In this document: one piece after another, positions 1 through 10,915 of the stretch
Position numbering within the stretch: the stretch's first letter is position 1
Layout: each line of letters opens with the position of its first letter
NCBI GenBank assembly: GCA_002269645.1
Contig: NIVC01000907.1
Coordinates: forward strand, 306,858-370,857
Length of the DNA stretch: 64,000 bases
Reading direction: 5' to 3'
DNA from: Macrostomum lignano
Lineage: Eukaryota
Position numbers and translations under genes: made by a program
The notes under the pieces: model-generated
The model's database searches: none
Seen by the model: the letters and a program-made list of their open reading frames with translations, nothing else
What the model was told of the DNA's origin: nothing

Positions 1-790
1 ATACAGTGACCCCACACTACAGTGATCCCACACCCTATACAGTGACCCCACTCCCTATACAGTGACCCCACACTACAGTAGTCCCACTCCCTATACAGTG
101 ACCCCACACTACAGTGATCCCACACCCTATACAGTGACCCCACTCCCTATACAGTGACCCCACACTACAGTAGTCCCACTCCCTATACAGTGACCCCACA
201 CTACAGTGATCCCACTCCCTATACAGTGACCCCACACTACAGTGGTCCCACACCCTATACAGTGACCCCACACTACAGTGATCCCACACCCTATACAGTG
301 ACCCCACACTACAGTGATCCCACTCCCTATACAGTGACCCCACACTACACTGATCCCACACCCTATACAGTGACCCCACACTACAGTGGTCCCACACCCT
401 ATACAGTGACCCCACACTACACTGATCCCACACCCTATACAGTGACCCCACACTACAGTGGTCCCACACCCTATACAGTGACCCCACACTACAGTGATCC
501 CACACCCTATACAGTGACCCCACACTACACTGATCCCACACCCTATACAGTGACCCCACACTACAGTGGTCCCACACCCTATACAGTGACCCCACACTAC
601 ACTGATCCCACACCCTATACAGTGACCCCACACTACAGTGGTCCCACACCCTATACAGTGACCCCACACTACAGTGATCCCACACCCTATACAGTGACCC
701 CACACTACAGTGGTCCCACACCCTATACAGTGACCCCACACTACAGTGGTCCCATACCCTATACAGTGACCCCACACTACAGTGATCCTA
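1..790. repeat. 36-bp minisatellite (ATACAGTGACCCCACACTACAGTGATCCCACACCCT), intronic to WDR59
   Basis: About 21 tandem near-identical units; ORFs 35..888 are just translations of the repeat. Confidence 0.95.
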
Positions 791-940
791 CGGTAATAAC
801 ACGCCCTAAAATCACATCCTAAAGTAATCCCACACCCTCCAGTACTCCCACACCCTACAATAATCCCACACCCCAAAAAATCCCACACCCTACAAATAAT
901 CCCACACCCTCCAATAATCCCACCATCCCCACCGCCGCAG

Positions 941-1388
941 GCTGCTGAACAGCCGCCTGGCCCGCCTCATCAACAGTCACCTGACGCGGTACTCCAGCCT
1001 GCTGTACAGCTGGGGCCTGCACGAGGCCCGGGCGCAGCTGCTCAAGCAGTGGGTGTTCAGCGTGGACTTGGACCCGGCGTCCATTTCCCCGGCCAGCCAG
1101 CCGCAGCCGCAGCCGCAGCACCCGTCGCCTCATGTTCAACTGCAGCTGGCCTGCCATCGCTGCGGCCGCCGCGGTCCCTGCGACTCCTGCCGCTCATTGG
1201 CCGCCGCCAGCAGCGGCTTCCGCATCGCCTGCTCGGTCTGCTGGCGGCCAACCAGCGGCCTCCTGCTGGTGTGCCTGGCGTGCGGCCATGGCGGCCACCC
1301 GGACCACCTGCGCTCCTGGTTCCGGGCTGGCCGGCTGGAATGCCCGGCCGCCTGCGGCTGCGTTTGCACTTCTTCTACTCTGCGTTGA
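941..1388 (+). CDS. WDR59: Terminal exon of GATOR2 subunit WDR59 (C-terminal RING-like zinc finger)
   Basis: Acceptor ccgcag|941; translation LLYSWGLHEARAQLLK...CSVCWRPTSGLLLVCLACGHGGHPDHLRSWF...CPAACGCVC matches the WDR59 C-terminus (LYRWGL..RA..LK; CGHGGH..H...WF...CP.GCGC.C); TGA at 1386-1388. Confidence 0.85.
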
Positions 1389-2069
1389 TACGGCGATGGC
1401 TTGTAAATGTTTTCTATACATATCGGTAGATTGGTGTAACTATTCTTGGTTAGAAAAGAACTGCTTTCGATACATATCGGCTTAGATGCTGATTCCATTC
1501 CGTGGCCTTAATAGTGTATCAATTCACTTACATAGAAATTTACTTTCGATACATGTCGGTAAATAGAGTAAATAATTCAGGCAAAGAAGTTTCCTGTGTC
1601 ATTCATTCATCTAGCAAAATTACTCAATCTCGCTATAGATTTTAATAGTTCAATTGTTGCTGTAAATATAGGTCTCAATTGAGCTTCCCTGCCTGCCTCT
1701 CTTGAACAATTGTGCCCCTTGGATTCCTTGATTTTGTGCTCGCGAGTTCACTTGGATTGTTCCCACATTCTCTGCGTGTTATGCAGTAGTACACTATAGG
1801 CTACTAATTTATATTTACTATGAAAATGTTCCACTATGCTCTCGGTGTTTCTCTTTGTACTTTTAATTAGTTTGTTCACAAATACTTTTTGCATAATTCT
1901 TGTGTGTTATACATGGCCTTTAATTTTGACAATATCTGGTCGACTTTCAGCAAGCAGTATTCTTTGTACTTCTGTTCCATTGTGCTCTAATGTCTAGACA
2001 AGTGATTTGCGTCTCTGATGCTTCTGTGATGCTGCATCTAATTGAATAAAATGCCCGCCTTTCACCGCT

Positions 2070-2575
2070 TTGCTCACTGACAAAAACCGCCTCTTATTGT
2101 TTTCTCACTCATTAGTTTGATTCTTGGAAGCTTTGTGAGTGCTGGTCTGTCACTAGGCAGTGCACGCACTGTCTGTCACTTGGCAGTGGTAGTTTGATTC
2201 TTGGAAGCTTTGTGAGTGCTGGTCTGTCACTAGGCAGTGCACGCACTGTCTGTCACTTGGCAGTGCACGCACTGTCTGTCACTAGGCAGTGCACACACTG
2301 TCACTAGGCAGTGCACACACTGTCTGTCACTTGGCAGTGCACACACTGTCTGTCACTAGGCAGTGCGCACACTGTCTGTCACTAGGCAGTGCACGCACTG
2401 TCTGTCCCTAGGCAGTGCACGCACTGTCTGTCACTTGGCAGTGCACACACTGTCTGTCACTAGGCAGTGCACACACTGTCACTAGGCAGTGCACACACTG
2501 TCTGTCACTAGGCAGTGCACACACTGTCACTAGGCAGTGCACACACTGTCTGTCACTAGGCAGTGCACACACTGA
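2070..2575. repeat. 26/22-bp minisatellite (GGCAGTGCACACACTGTCTGTCACTA) with a duplicated ~78-bp lead-in
   Basis: Tandem units visible directly. Confidence 0.9.
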
Positions 2576-2579
2576 ACTG

Positions 2580-2722
2580 AGTGTCCGCTCTCATTAGCGT
2601 TGTATTGCGCATGTCCCAGTCTGCGCGTTCGACCCCAAATTAACGCGGCTAGCGTCGCGGATTCGAACCCGAGACCTTTGGCGCCACAGTCGGACGCGTT
2701 TACCGCTAGGCCACGGATCCCC
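2580..2722 (-). mobile_element. tRNA-derived SINE-like element
   Basis: Minus strand has A-box TGGCCTAGCGG (2703-2713) and B-box GGTTCGAATCC (2659-2669), poor anticodon/acceptor stems, followed by TTAATTTGGGG as in the SINE at 8318. Confidence 0.65.
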
Positions 2723-2849
2723 TCTCGTGTCCAGCTCCGCTATTCCTTTTATTACACTCGTACGTGACGGACTAACAATTGATAAAACCTTCAAGGCCAA
2801 TTGATAAGCCCGTCTGATGTTCCCAATTTTCAGCTTGACTGACTGACTG

Positions 2850-3758
2850 ATGGCAGATTCCACTACCTCAGCGTCGGATGTGAGGCTGGAGCTGCAGCAG
2901 CAGCGTCACAATAAGCAGCCAAAGCGCCTGGTGTACTTCAGCGACGGCGTGCTAGAAGAGTACTCTAGCTCGGACAACGACGAGCTTGTCGGGCCCGACG
3001 ACGCTCGCCGACCGATGCACACCCGACGCGGCGGCAAAAATTCGGCCGACTCGCAGCGCATAATCGATCCGCACAGCCTGACCTGGCTGCCCTGGTTCTG
3101 GTGAGCTGTGCTGGGCGTACCTGCGCTCCCGTCTGCTGACAACTGGTCTTGACTTACCTGACCTTGATCTGACCCTGAATTGACTTGACTTTGATCTGAC
3201 CCTGAATTGACGTGACCTTGATCTGACCCTGATTTTACCTGACCTTGATCTGACCCTGATTTGACATGACCTTGAGCTGACCCTGATTTTACCTGACCTT
3301 GATCTGACCCTGATTTTACCTGACCTTGAGCTGACCCTGATTTTACCTGACCTTGATCTGACCCTGATTTTACCTGACCTTGATCTGATCCTGAATTGAC
3401 TTGACCTTGATCTGACCCTGAATTGGCTTGACCTTGATATGACAGGACCTTGATATGATATGACATTACCTTGACTTAACATCGTCTGACCCGCAGGTAC
3501 TACAGCTGCCGGCTCGGTCGCGGCCTGCTCCGCTCAGCTGACTATTGCGGCGAGCGAGTAGCCTGGTTTCTGGGCATCACAACGCCAAAGTACGGCTATA
3601 TTATTCGTGAGTTCCACCGCATCAAAGAGGAGGAGGAGAAAGAGAGGCTGGAGCAGGAGGCAGAACTCGAGGCCAGGCAAAGGTACGAGGCCGAGCAGCA
3701 GCAGCAGCAACAACAACAGAGGCAGAAAACTGTGACTGCTTCAGCTTCAGATTCGTAA
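2850..3758 (+). CDS. FAM177A1: FAM177A1-like protein, 2 exons (2850-3100, 3497-3758)
   Basis: PKRLVYFSDGVLEEYSS...DPHSLTWLPWFW|YY...ADYCGERVAWFLGITTPKYGYIIREFHRIKEEEE matches the FAM177 motifs; GT-AG phase-2 intron 3101-3496; TAA 3756-3758. Confidence 0.9.
3150..3470. repeat. 27-bp intronic minisatellite (GACCTTGATCTGACCCTGATTTTACCT)
   Basis: Tandem units inside the FAM177A1 intron. Confidence 0.9.
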
Positions 3759-4927
3759 AAGCATCGCATTGGACAAAGTTTATCTAAAGATTTTTTGTCT
3801 GTCAATCGCAAGGCTAGCAACATAAATTTTATTGGTTAATATTGTAACAGGTATATTGGTTTTCGCTTTAATTCCTTTATTCCTTGCTTTGTTGAATGCG
3901 AAAATGGTTTCAATTTTATCTCCAGACAGCCGGTTTCTCTATAGTTTCTCTAAGAGGCCAAGAAATTGAGTTACGTTAACTACGATACATATCGGCTATT
4001 TTGACCACCGCTGTGATCGGGCTTAAATTTAAGTGAAGCAAACAGTAGCTAAATTTTTTTATAAATATAACACCAGTCATCATTTTAAATTTACGCCATG
4101 AGTTGCAGCTATTTCTTAATTTAATCGAAAATTTCAAATCTATAAAGCAACATACAGCTCCATAAAGTTAACTTTCGATACATATCGGATAAACTTTATG
4201 TAAGAAGTTGCATTATATTTAAGCTAATTTTAACCAAATGTACGCCTCGTCGGTTGAATTGCTGTCTGTGATAAAAGTGCAATTCTGAAATATTTATTCT
4301 GCGATTTCTACCGCCTTAAGTCTCTCTTTGTTTGTCTGCTTTGTTTTTATATCAAATAAATATGCCAGTTCGTGTCTTCTCAGACGGCTTTCTACTTGTA
4401 TAAAAAATGCTTAAACATAATTATATTTTTTGTCTTCTAATTGCTTTTCGTGTTTTGATTTTAAATTAAAAAACAACAAGCAAATCATTCTACTGTAAGT
4501 AGAAGTTACTTATACTTATAAATTTTACAAAAACTGTTTTTCTATACATATCGGCAACTGACTAAAAAACAAGAATTATGGCTAATACCTCCGATTTTTC
4601 TAGCAAATTAGCAAATAATATTTGTACTAATTTTACAGAAAGCTGTTTGCATCTCAGCTACAATTCACCTGGAAATTGCAGCTGCTTTTAGATTTCAAGA
4701 TTTGGTTTACTACAACTGCCGTTACGTTTACTTATACTCTATAGGACGGACTGTTATAAGCTTAGGAATGAGTAGCCATAAGTGTTCCATTTTCAACACG
4801 TTAGTATCTCAGTTTTAAAGAGCTTACCGTCTTACTCACCGATAAATTTATTTTTAAGTTTGAGTGCTAAGAAAACGTAAGAAATGAGCAAACGTAAAAT
4901 GGAAATACGAACGGTGGCAAAAATGTT

Positions 4928-5000
4928 TGGCCCTACCCAGGTTCGAACTGAGGACCTTCTGCGTGTAAAGCAGACGTGATAACCACTACACCACAGGACC
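4928..5000 (-). tRNA. tRNA-Val(TAC)
   Basis: 73 nt GGTCCTGTGGTGTAGTGGTTATCACGTCTGCTTTACACGCAGAAGGTCCTCAGTTCGAACCTGGGTAGGGCCA folds as a cloverleaf with anticodon TAC; T5 Pol III terminator just downstream (AAAAA at 4919-4923 on +). Confidence 0.93.
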
Positions 5001-5225
5001 ACGAAGGAGCAATTTAGTATACGTGTATTTTATTGGTGTCATGCCACTCTATAAGAGTTTAAATTTTAAGCAATTGAACTAAAGTAAATTTAATTTCAGT
5101 TACGACAGATTGTTTCTTTGGTGTGCGCTTTAATCAGAAATTGTTTAACAGGATCATTGATTACAAGTATGTAAATACGAATTTTACTTTTTTAACTAAT
5201 TCTTTCTCATTTAAGTTTCCCGGGT

Positions 5226-6188
5226 CTAGGAGAGCAGAAAGTCGGCCATGCGGTGAATGTCGATGTTTCCGTCGGCGTCGGCCGGCACGCCGGCCAGCAG
5301 TTCGTCGATCTCTTCCTCCGGCATAGTGGCGCCGAACGACATCAGCGAACGCCTCAGCAGGTCCCGGCTGATGGTGCGCGTGTTCAGGGCCAGCACCTGC
5401 AGGAGCGATTGCGGATGATAATTGTAAAACCGTCTCACAGATTTTTTGCGCAACATGAAATTTAAGCAGCAATAAAGTGCATGGATGAAACTGCAAGAAA
5501 TGCAAGCAGCATTGTAAATTTTGGCCGCATCTGATCAGCTGTTCAAAGTCCATGCAGCCGGCTTGTGGTGAAACTCTAAGCACTTTGTAGTGAGTTGTTC
5601 AGGGCTATGCGGGGGAAAGTGCGCGAGCCACGGTTCCCTACTCACTGCCTACTCACTGCCTACTCACTCCCTACTCACTGCCTACTCACTCCCTACTCAC
5701 TCCCTACTCACTCCCCACTCACTCCCTACTCACCCCTACTCACTCCCTACTCACTCCCTACTCACTCCCTACTCACTCCCTACTAACCTCTACATGTACT
5801 TACTTGCTCCATAATCTCTCCCTACTCTACGCGGCCGCAGGCTCCCCAGCCTCACCTGCAGGCACTGCACCAATCTGCTCCGAGAGTCAAACGGGGCCAA
5901 GCTGTTCACCAAGCCGGCATAGTCCTCGAAGCTGACCTGGTCCGAGTCTTGGATGCCAAAGTCTCGGATGGCATCCAGCAAAGTGCCGATGTTGGGACTG
6001 CAGGCCAGGTAGCGGACGGCTCTGGCCACGCACAGCCCGGGAATGGACAGGTCCCCGGCCAGGTCGTACATAGCAAAGCTCTGCTTCAAATCGGCCAGCT
6101 CATACTCGGACATGCTTTTGAACAGCGGCTCTCTAGAGAAGTTGTTGCCAATGTTGGCTTGCTCAGCATCCGGCTCTGTGCTCGACAT
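5226..6188 (-). CDS. Myosin light chain/calmodulin-like EF-hand protein, exons 5856-6188 and 5226-5396 (167 aa)
   Basis: ELADLKQSFAMYD...QVSFEDY...LVQCLQ|VLALNTRTISRDLLRRSLMSFGATMPEEEIDELLAGVPADADGNID; phase-0 GT-AG intron 5397-5855; degenerate Ca-binding loops typical of light chains. Confidence 0.85.
5635..5785. repeat. 11-bp intronic minisatellite (CTACTCACTCC)
   Basis: Tandem units visible directly. Confidence 0.9.
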
Positions 6189-6914
6189 TGTTTACACACT
6201 GAGCGCTGTCTCTCTTAATTCCAAACGTTATTTGATAGAGTTTCTGTGAAAAAGAAACGCTTACAAAACCCGCAGATCAACTCTTGAAGTTTCGGATTCG
6301 GCCATAGACAGTTCAGAGCTGCGATACTGAATTGTCGGTTCAAAAGAAAACACCGCGAACGCAGCGTATTTACCAACAAGCATGCATCCGCGAGAAAGAG
6401 CTCAAAACGCAGGAATTCTTCCCAACCGAAAGCATTTGTCAGGTGTCCTTAACTAGCTCGTAATTGCATCAGTAGTGATGAAATGCCACCCCATATGTTA
6501 ACTACGCCAACAACAATGTGAAAATTACTCGTATATTGGGTAAAAATTGTCTGCATTTAATTACTTCAAGACAGGTCTAGGAATTAGAATACCTACTAGT
6601 ATGCATTGAAATTGAAGTATACCTACGAGCTACAATAATGGCTTAAGAGTATTGATTGCAAATAAATCAACACTTGATTCAAGAAGGAACAGAACAAAAA
6701 GTTCAGCTGGATGGCTTATGAAATAAACGGAAAACAGTATGAAATTGAGGTTTTCACTACACAACTCTATAAATACAACAGAGTAACATGCAGTGCAAGC
6801 TCTGTAAAAGCTCTGGGGGGCGGCATGCCAAATGCTTTGTACCCCCCACCCCAACTTGTGAGTCGTTGTGGTAATCAATTATTTTTATTCAGGGCCACCA
6901 AAATATAGCGCTTT

Positions 6915-7175
6915 CGGCGCTGAAATGAGTGCCTGCTGCGCTAAAATGAGTGCCTGCTGCGCTAAAATGAGTGACTGCGGCGCTAAAATGAGTGCCTGCT
7001 GCGCTAAAATGAGTGCCTGCTGCGCTAAAATGAGTGACTGCGGCGCTAAAATGAGTGCCTGCTGCGCTAAAATGAGTACCTGCTGCGCTAAAATGAGTGA
7101 CTGCGGCGCTAAAATGAGTGCCTGCTGCGCTAAAATGAGTGCCTGCTGCGCTAAAATGAGTGCCTGCGGCGCTAA
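6915..7175. repeat. 21-bp minisatellite (GCTAAAATGAGTGCCTGCTGC)
   Basis: About 12 tandem units; explains ORFs 6868..7194. Confidence 0.93.
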
Positions 7176-7486
7176 AAGGAATGCCAAAATTTAGTCATGT
7201 ACATGTTGAATTCTTGGCTTTGTCCCCCCCCCACCATAAAATCCATGGCGACGTCCTTGAATGCAAATCATTGATTGTTTCCTATCTCCGCAGTATATTT
7301 TTCCAGGTAATTAGTCTTAAAAGATATTCGCTCGTGGAGTGTAGCGTCTTAATTACTACGTTGCTAGTGGTCCTCGAAAGAAGTGCACAAGTGTGTGCGT
7401 GCTGAGGTATTGGAACGTCCCCTCGTGACTGAATGAAACAGTGCATCAGCCATTCACTGATTGGACAAAGCATTTCTCACTCTAAC

Positions 7487-7771
7487 CTTGAGACAGCTGA
7501 TGAGGCGATCTCTTGGCCGCTCGTACGGCACCATGCCGCACATGAAGCCGACAAATTTGTTGAAATCGATACTGCCCTGCGGCGACAGCCGCGTCTGCTG
7601 CACGTGCTGGAACACCTGCTTCGGGTCCGGACACTCGGCCACCTGCAGTGCCGCGTTGACTAACATGCTAGCCGGGATTCGCAGCGTGCCCGTGTTGTCC
7701 AGCATGGAGAAGGCCTCCTTCATCTCGGCCAGATCCCATTCGGATAGGAAGCTGGGCAGCGGCTCTGACAT
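7487..7771 (-). CDS. Second, paralogous EF-hand N-lobe exon (alternative first exon or orphan)
   Basis: MSEPLPSFLSEWDLAEMKEAFSMLD...GSIDFNKFV...RDRLISCLK|gttaga; donor is phase 0 at the same alignment position as the 5856 exon. Confidence 0.75.
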
Positions 7772-8317
7772 TGTTAGAGTTGTTTCACCAATCAGCTGGT
7801 TTTTCTCGACAACTAGAAGCATCTGAGAAGCTAAAACCGATGAGTTCCCTCTGACTTGAACGGTCTGGTTCAGCACACCAGTTTGAATGGATTCCAATAG
7901 ATCTCATGTCTATGGCAGGTGCTCCATCGATAGTTGGAATATTCTGTTCAAATCTATAAATAGCCTGGTTTCGACTTCAGCTCCTTGGTATATTTAAACA
8001 AAACTGTAGTGAACCTCTCTTCGAAATTGGCTGGCGCCAAATCAGTCATCAAGAAACCAGAGAGTCAGGTGTGATGATAGTTACTCACTTACAGATTTAA
8101 AGAAACGAAGTGCCTTCGAGACTCGGCTTCTGGCTGTTAATCGTTTGAGAAGGTCACGCAAATTTCCTGTGCCTAAAATATCAAAAACGGTACAACTGGA
8201 CTCATACATGGTTTTATGAATCTGTTTTATCATTCTGTTACACATTTCGTTGCTCAGCCATTGAGCCAAGAATGATAAAACAGATTCACCACGCGAATAC
8301 GTAGTATGGTACGTAGG

Positions 8318-8677
8318 GTGGGGGGCCGTAGCCCAGCGGTATAGCGCAGGCTCTGGTGTGCCAGCGACCCAGGCTCGATTCCAAGTGCAGTCACATTAAT
8401 TTGGGGCTGAATTGGAATCTCGGCTTGGCTCTGCTCGTGCAATTAACGGCCTTGACAGCCAACCCCCTAAGGCGCAGTGAAGTGTACATGCCTAACGATA
8501 AAATAAAGTTAGGGCCGCTGTACACTCCTGTGTGAGTGTGTGCCTGCGTACGTATCCGCGCGCTTGTGTGCCTGCTCAGGGGAGTCGGCGCAATGGGCAG
8601 TAATGCCTCTCGCCGGTTGTGTGCCTATGTCGCTTAAAGTGCGCCAGGGTGCCACAACCCACCAGCCTCTAATAAAA
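8318..8677 (+). mobile_element. Full-length tRNA-derived SINE with 12-bp target site duplication
   Basis: A-box 8329-8339, B-box 8372-8382, A-rich 3' end; direct repeat ATGGTACGTAGG at 8306-8317 and 8678-8689; homologous copy at 30455-30620. Confidence 0.8.
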
Positions 8678-8959
8678 ATGGTACGTAGGATATAAAATTA
8701 ACACAAAACATAAATTTTCTAAACGAAAAGCTTTATGAATATCGATAGAGTTATAAGAAAGGCACAGCACATCAAAAGATAAACATTGGGTCTTCCTCCG
8801 ATCAAAAGCAATAGCAAAAAACTTTTGTGCTAAAAATTAGAAACTTCCTATCTCCGTAATGTATTTTTTCGGTAAAACCTGCCTCCTACAGTTCTTCCAA
8901 GAAACACCGTTTCCCGTCCTTCTACTTGAGTAGTCCTTGGCTCAGTTCCTCACTGATTG

Positions 8960-10915
8960 TCAGTTCTTCAGGCAGCAGCAGTGGCTCCGCGCCGTCCCAT
9001 TCTTTCCTGAAACCCGAGTTCGAACGCTGTGCGCCACGAAGTCGCTCGCCCCGCCTTGCGCCGTTCTCAGGCCAAAGTGCCGCTTAAATCGCCAGATGAC
9101 GGTGGCGTATTGCGCCACGAAGTAGTTAGCCAGCACGGCCTGTCGAAACTGAACGTCTTCCTGCAGCAGCGTGATCTGCTGGGTGAGCAGGGCAATGCCA
9201 AAGTTGAGCAGGAATACCACAATGCACAGGTAGACGAGAGCCTGCGGCCACAGCACCAGGTAGTCGCTGTAGCCGGGAAACTGGCTCAGGCTGAACGTGT
9301 AGCGAAACGTTCGACCGACGTATTCGATAGCGCAGGACCAGGAGTTGTGCTCGCACAGCAGGTAGGGCTGGGTGAGCAGCATTGTGAGCCCAACCAGCAG
9401 CAGCGGTAGCCCAACTAGTAGCAACAGCTTAGTTGAAGAGTTCATGCAGTAAAGCAGGTAGAAAATTGTCTGATTGCAGCAGGACAATTTGCACAGGAAC
9501 ATCACCATTACCAACATCATGAACGAAGTGTTTACAATGAAGAATAGCATCAGCCTTGAAGTATCCACGTACCAGCGACCGTCAACTTGGTAATAGCTGC
9601 TCTTGTCGGAGAAGAAAATCACCTCCAAGCCGACTAGCAGCAGCTGGCATAGCAGAAAGATGCTGACGATGCCCTCCAGTAAGTACTTCTTCATGCTGAG
9701 CGCGCCAGCCAGCAACTGCAGGGGGAACCTGTTGACCTGCAGCGACTTCGGCAGGCTGTTATTGTTAGTCACAATGGCGCCAAACCAAGCACACCAAAAC
9801 AGAACGCTGAGGCTTTGAATGACAAATCGGGCGTAATACACGTAGCGAAAGGCAAGCAGAGTGTCAGGTGGGACAGCGCTCAGGTAGAACAGGCTGTAGT
9901 TAAACTGCACCGGCAGCAGCACCTGCTCAGTGGCATTGAAGGTGTCCCGTGTGAAGATGCGGACCATCAAGGTGGACAGGACGCTGAACAGCAGAAATGT
10001 GAAGAATACGAGCGATATGACAGCCGTGTAGCCGCTTGGCATCAGATTCGAGGAGCTGCGAAAATATGCGGCAGCAACGGGGCTGCTGAAGAAGCAGAAA
10101 AACCCTGGCTGCAGCGTGTCTCCTAGCAGAGGTTGCGCAAACTTGATGAGCTGGATGAATGGCGACTTGTTGTACCGACTGCCGCCCAATGAGTGCGAGT
10201 AGCGGCTGAGGTCGACCTCCTCGACCAGCAGGCTCGGGTCGGTCGGGTGCTCCCGCTCTCTGATCAGGTATCCGGGCGCATTGGCGAACGCTGTCGCCAG
10301 GTGGAAGCAGTCCCTGGCCGCCGCGTACTCCAGCGGTGTCAGGCAGTCGGCCGTCAGCTCCTCGCTCAGCAGCCGAGCGCACGCGTCCGGATGCCGGCGC
10401 GACAGTCTGGCGAAGAGCCGAGCGAGCTGCGCCTCGTCAGTCGGGCTGGCCAGGCTGGAGCAGCAAAAGTCCACCAGGAGGAACAGGGCGCAGCGGGCGC
10501 GGTCCCACAGACCGAGGCTGTCGACCAGCTCGACTGCTCGGCTGGCCAGCTCGTCGTCCCGAGCGAGCAGCACGAGGCAGAACGGCGACAGCTTGGGCTG
10601 CCGATCTGCCTCCGAGCTGTCGTCGGTGACGCCGTCGCAGAATCGGCAGTCGTTGTGCCGCAGCAGCTCCGGACGGTGTTTGAGAGCTTCAGCGAACTTC
10701 GGATATTGTCCGGAGTACAGAAGTACCATGTCTGGATCTTTTGACATCTTTGGTAGGTTTTTGGACTCGTGACCGACTTCCTCGATTGCTTCAACTCTCC
10801 AATACATTTTGATGTCGAGTTGCTTTGGCTTTGGTGCTGTTTTTGGGGCTGAGTTATGCTGCGCAGGCTTTGTCGAATGCTCAAGATACTCATTATTTAA
10901 TTGACGTCCATGCAA
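8960..10915 (-). CDS. Intronless TRPV-like cation channel, paralogue A (open frame; first in-frame ATG 10807)
   Basis: Ankyrin-like LTPLEYAA, VDLS linker, six hydrophobic helices, pore segment FRYTFSL and S6 LLNFGIALL followed by a TRP-helix-like segment; 651-codon uninterrupted frame. Confidence 0.75.
   Translation of the reverse strand: MHGRQLNNEYLEHSTKPAQHNSAPKTAPKPKQLDIKMYWRVEAIEEVGHESKNLPKMSKDPDMVLLYSGQYPKFAEALKHRPELLRHNDCRFCDGVTDDSSEADRQPKLSPFCLVLLARDDELASRAVELVDSLGLWDRARCALFLLVDFCCSSLASPTDEAQLARLFARLSRRHPDACARLLSEELTADCLTPLEYAAARDCFHLATAFANAPGYLIREREHPTDPSLLVEEVDLSRYSHSLGGSRYNKSPFIQLIKFAQPLLGDTLQPGFFCFFSSPVAAAYFRSSSNLMPSGYTAVISLVFFTFLLFSVLSTLMVRIFTRDTFNATEQVLLPVQFNYSLFYLSAVPPDTLLAFRYVYYARFVIQSLSVLFWCAWFGAIVTNNNSLPKSLQVNRFPLQLLAGALSMKKYLLEGIVSIFLLCQLLLVGLEVIFFSDKSSYYQVDGRWYVDTSRLMLFFIVNTSFMMLVMVMFLCKLSCCNQTIFYLLYCMNSSTKLLLLVGLPLLLVGLTMLLTQPYLLCEHNSWSCAIEYVGRTFRYTFSLSQFPGYSDYLVLWPQALVYLCIVVFLLNFGIALLTQQITLLQEDVQFRQAVLANYFVAQYATVIWRFKRHFGLRTAQGGASDFVAHSVRTRVSGKNGTARSHCCCLKN

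Noticed and set aside
35-888. Long ORFs over tandem repeats (also 13836-14633, 18123-18752, 31861-32589, 42899-43592, 44018-44689, 49323-50323)
   Set aside because: Periodic translations open in several frames and on both strands; they sit in introns or intergenic DNA.
2650-2721. tRNA-His(GTG) gene
   Set aside because: Anticodon and acceptor stems do not pair, there is no T-run terminator, and it continues into a SINE-like body.
5520-5585. EF-hand-like peptide SPQAGCMDFEQLIRC in the light-chain intron
   Set aside because: Resembles SPQGSIDFNKF but is short, has no usable splice partners and is not needed in the model; chance or relic.
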